Shown here in pieces: positions 34,607 through 35,491 of a stretch of DNA of 35,491 nt; within the stretch, counting starts at the first letter, position 1, and each line of letters opens with the position of its first letter. The translations under genes were made by a program, and so were the position numbers. Source of the DNA: Octopus bimaculoides (Eukaryota); NCBI RefSeq assembly GCF_001194135.2, contig NC_069003.1, positions 23,233,294 through 23,268,784 of the forward strand. Reading direction: 5' to 3'. The notes under the pieces are model-generated. The model made no database searches. It was given only the letters and a program-made list of their open reading frames with translations, and was not told where the DNA came from.

Positions 34607-35184
34607 CTCTCTTTCCTTTCCTGAGCGTCCAATAACACTATCCATATCACGTCCTCACTTTGTTGTTTTTTTGTTTTTTTGTTATTGTTTTTTTGAACTA
34701 TATATATATATATATATATACATGGATATATATGTGAATGTGTAGTGTGTGTGTGTATATATATATAGAGAGAGAAAGAGAGAGAGAGATAGATAGATAG
34801 ATAGATAGATAGATTTGAATTTCATGAACATGCACACACACACATATATATATATACACACACACATATATATACATATATATATACATATATATACATA
34901 TATATATATATAGAGTGTTAGGTGTGATATACAGAAATTGAATATTAAGAAAAGAAGTCGTCAGAATTTGGGGAAAAAATCTTTTTCTTTTTTTCTTTCA
35001 TTAGGTAGATAGGCTGATAGATAGATAGATAGATAGATAGATAGTTAGATGGATGGATGGATGGATGGATGGTCAGACAGAGAGGGAGAAGGAGAGAAGG
35101 AGTATCCCCCTTCCCATTCAGCATTCATATATGTATGTGTAGCATTGGGATGTTCTAGCTTTACTTGTACATATCTCTTTCTCT

Positions 35185-35491
35185 TTCGCTTTTACTTGTT
35201 TCAGTTATTTGACTACGGCCATGCTGGAGCACCGCCTTTTAGTCGAGCAAATCGACCCCAGGACTTATTCTTTAGAAGCCTGGTACTTATTCTATTGGGC
35301 TCTTTTGCCGAACTGCTAAGTTACGGGGACGTAAACACACCAGCATCTGTTGTCAAGCCATGTTGGTGGGACAAATACAGACACACAAACATATACACAC
35401 ACATACATATATATATACACATATATACGACGGGCTTCTTTCAGTTTCCATCTACCAAATCCACTCATAAGGCTTTGGTCGGCCCGAGGCT
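35185..35491 (-). mobile_element. SINE family A, truncated by the window edge
   Basis: Reverse complement of the family tail, microsatellite and part of the head. Confidence 0.9.

Overview
Eukaryotic, AT-rich, essentially non-coding DNA with seven assembly gaps. It is not prokaryotic: there is no operon, rRNA, tRNA gene or CRISPR array, and almost every ORF in the supplied track is a translated microsatellite or N-run. The repeat content resembles an Octopus-type cephalopod genome (inference from recalled repeat families, not a database result). Recognisable elements are: many copies of three tRNA-derived SINE families; decayed mariner (DD34D) and maT-type (DD37D) transposons and MITEs; two Penelope-like (RT/GIY-YIG) fragments; the 3' end of an R4/NeSL-type restriction-like-endonuclease LINE; and dense di-, tri- and tetranucleotide repeats. 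No intact gene is visible, only two weak exon candidates (1227-1350 and 29795-29907). The most interesting signals are four. (1) A ~500-bp palindromic element at 24.4-25.0 kb has a minimal hammerhead ribozyme motif in each arm with a compensatory U3:A8 core, and further hammerhead-like motifs occur at 20.7, 34.6 and possibly 13.6 kb. (2) A TTAA-flanked foldback element at 2617-3186 has outward-facing telomeric repeats at its centre. (3) Two copies of the same SINE differ strongly in CpG decay, a possible fossil record of a methylation domain. (4) A tandem array of 20-bp palindromes sits inside (AT)n. All coordinates were read by eye and element ends are approximate unless a TSD is quoted.
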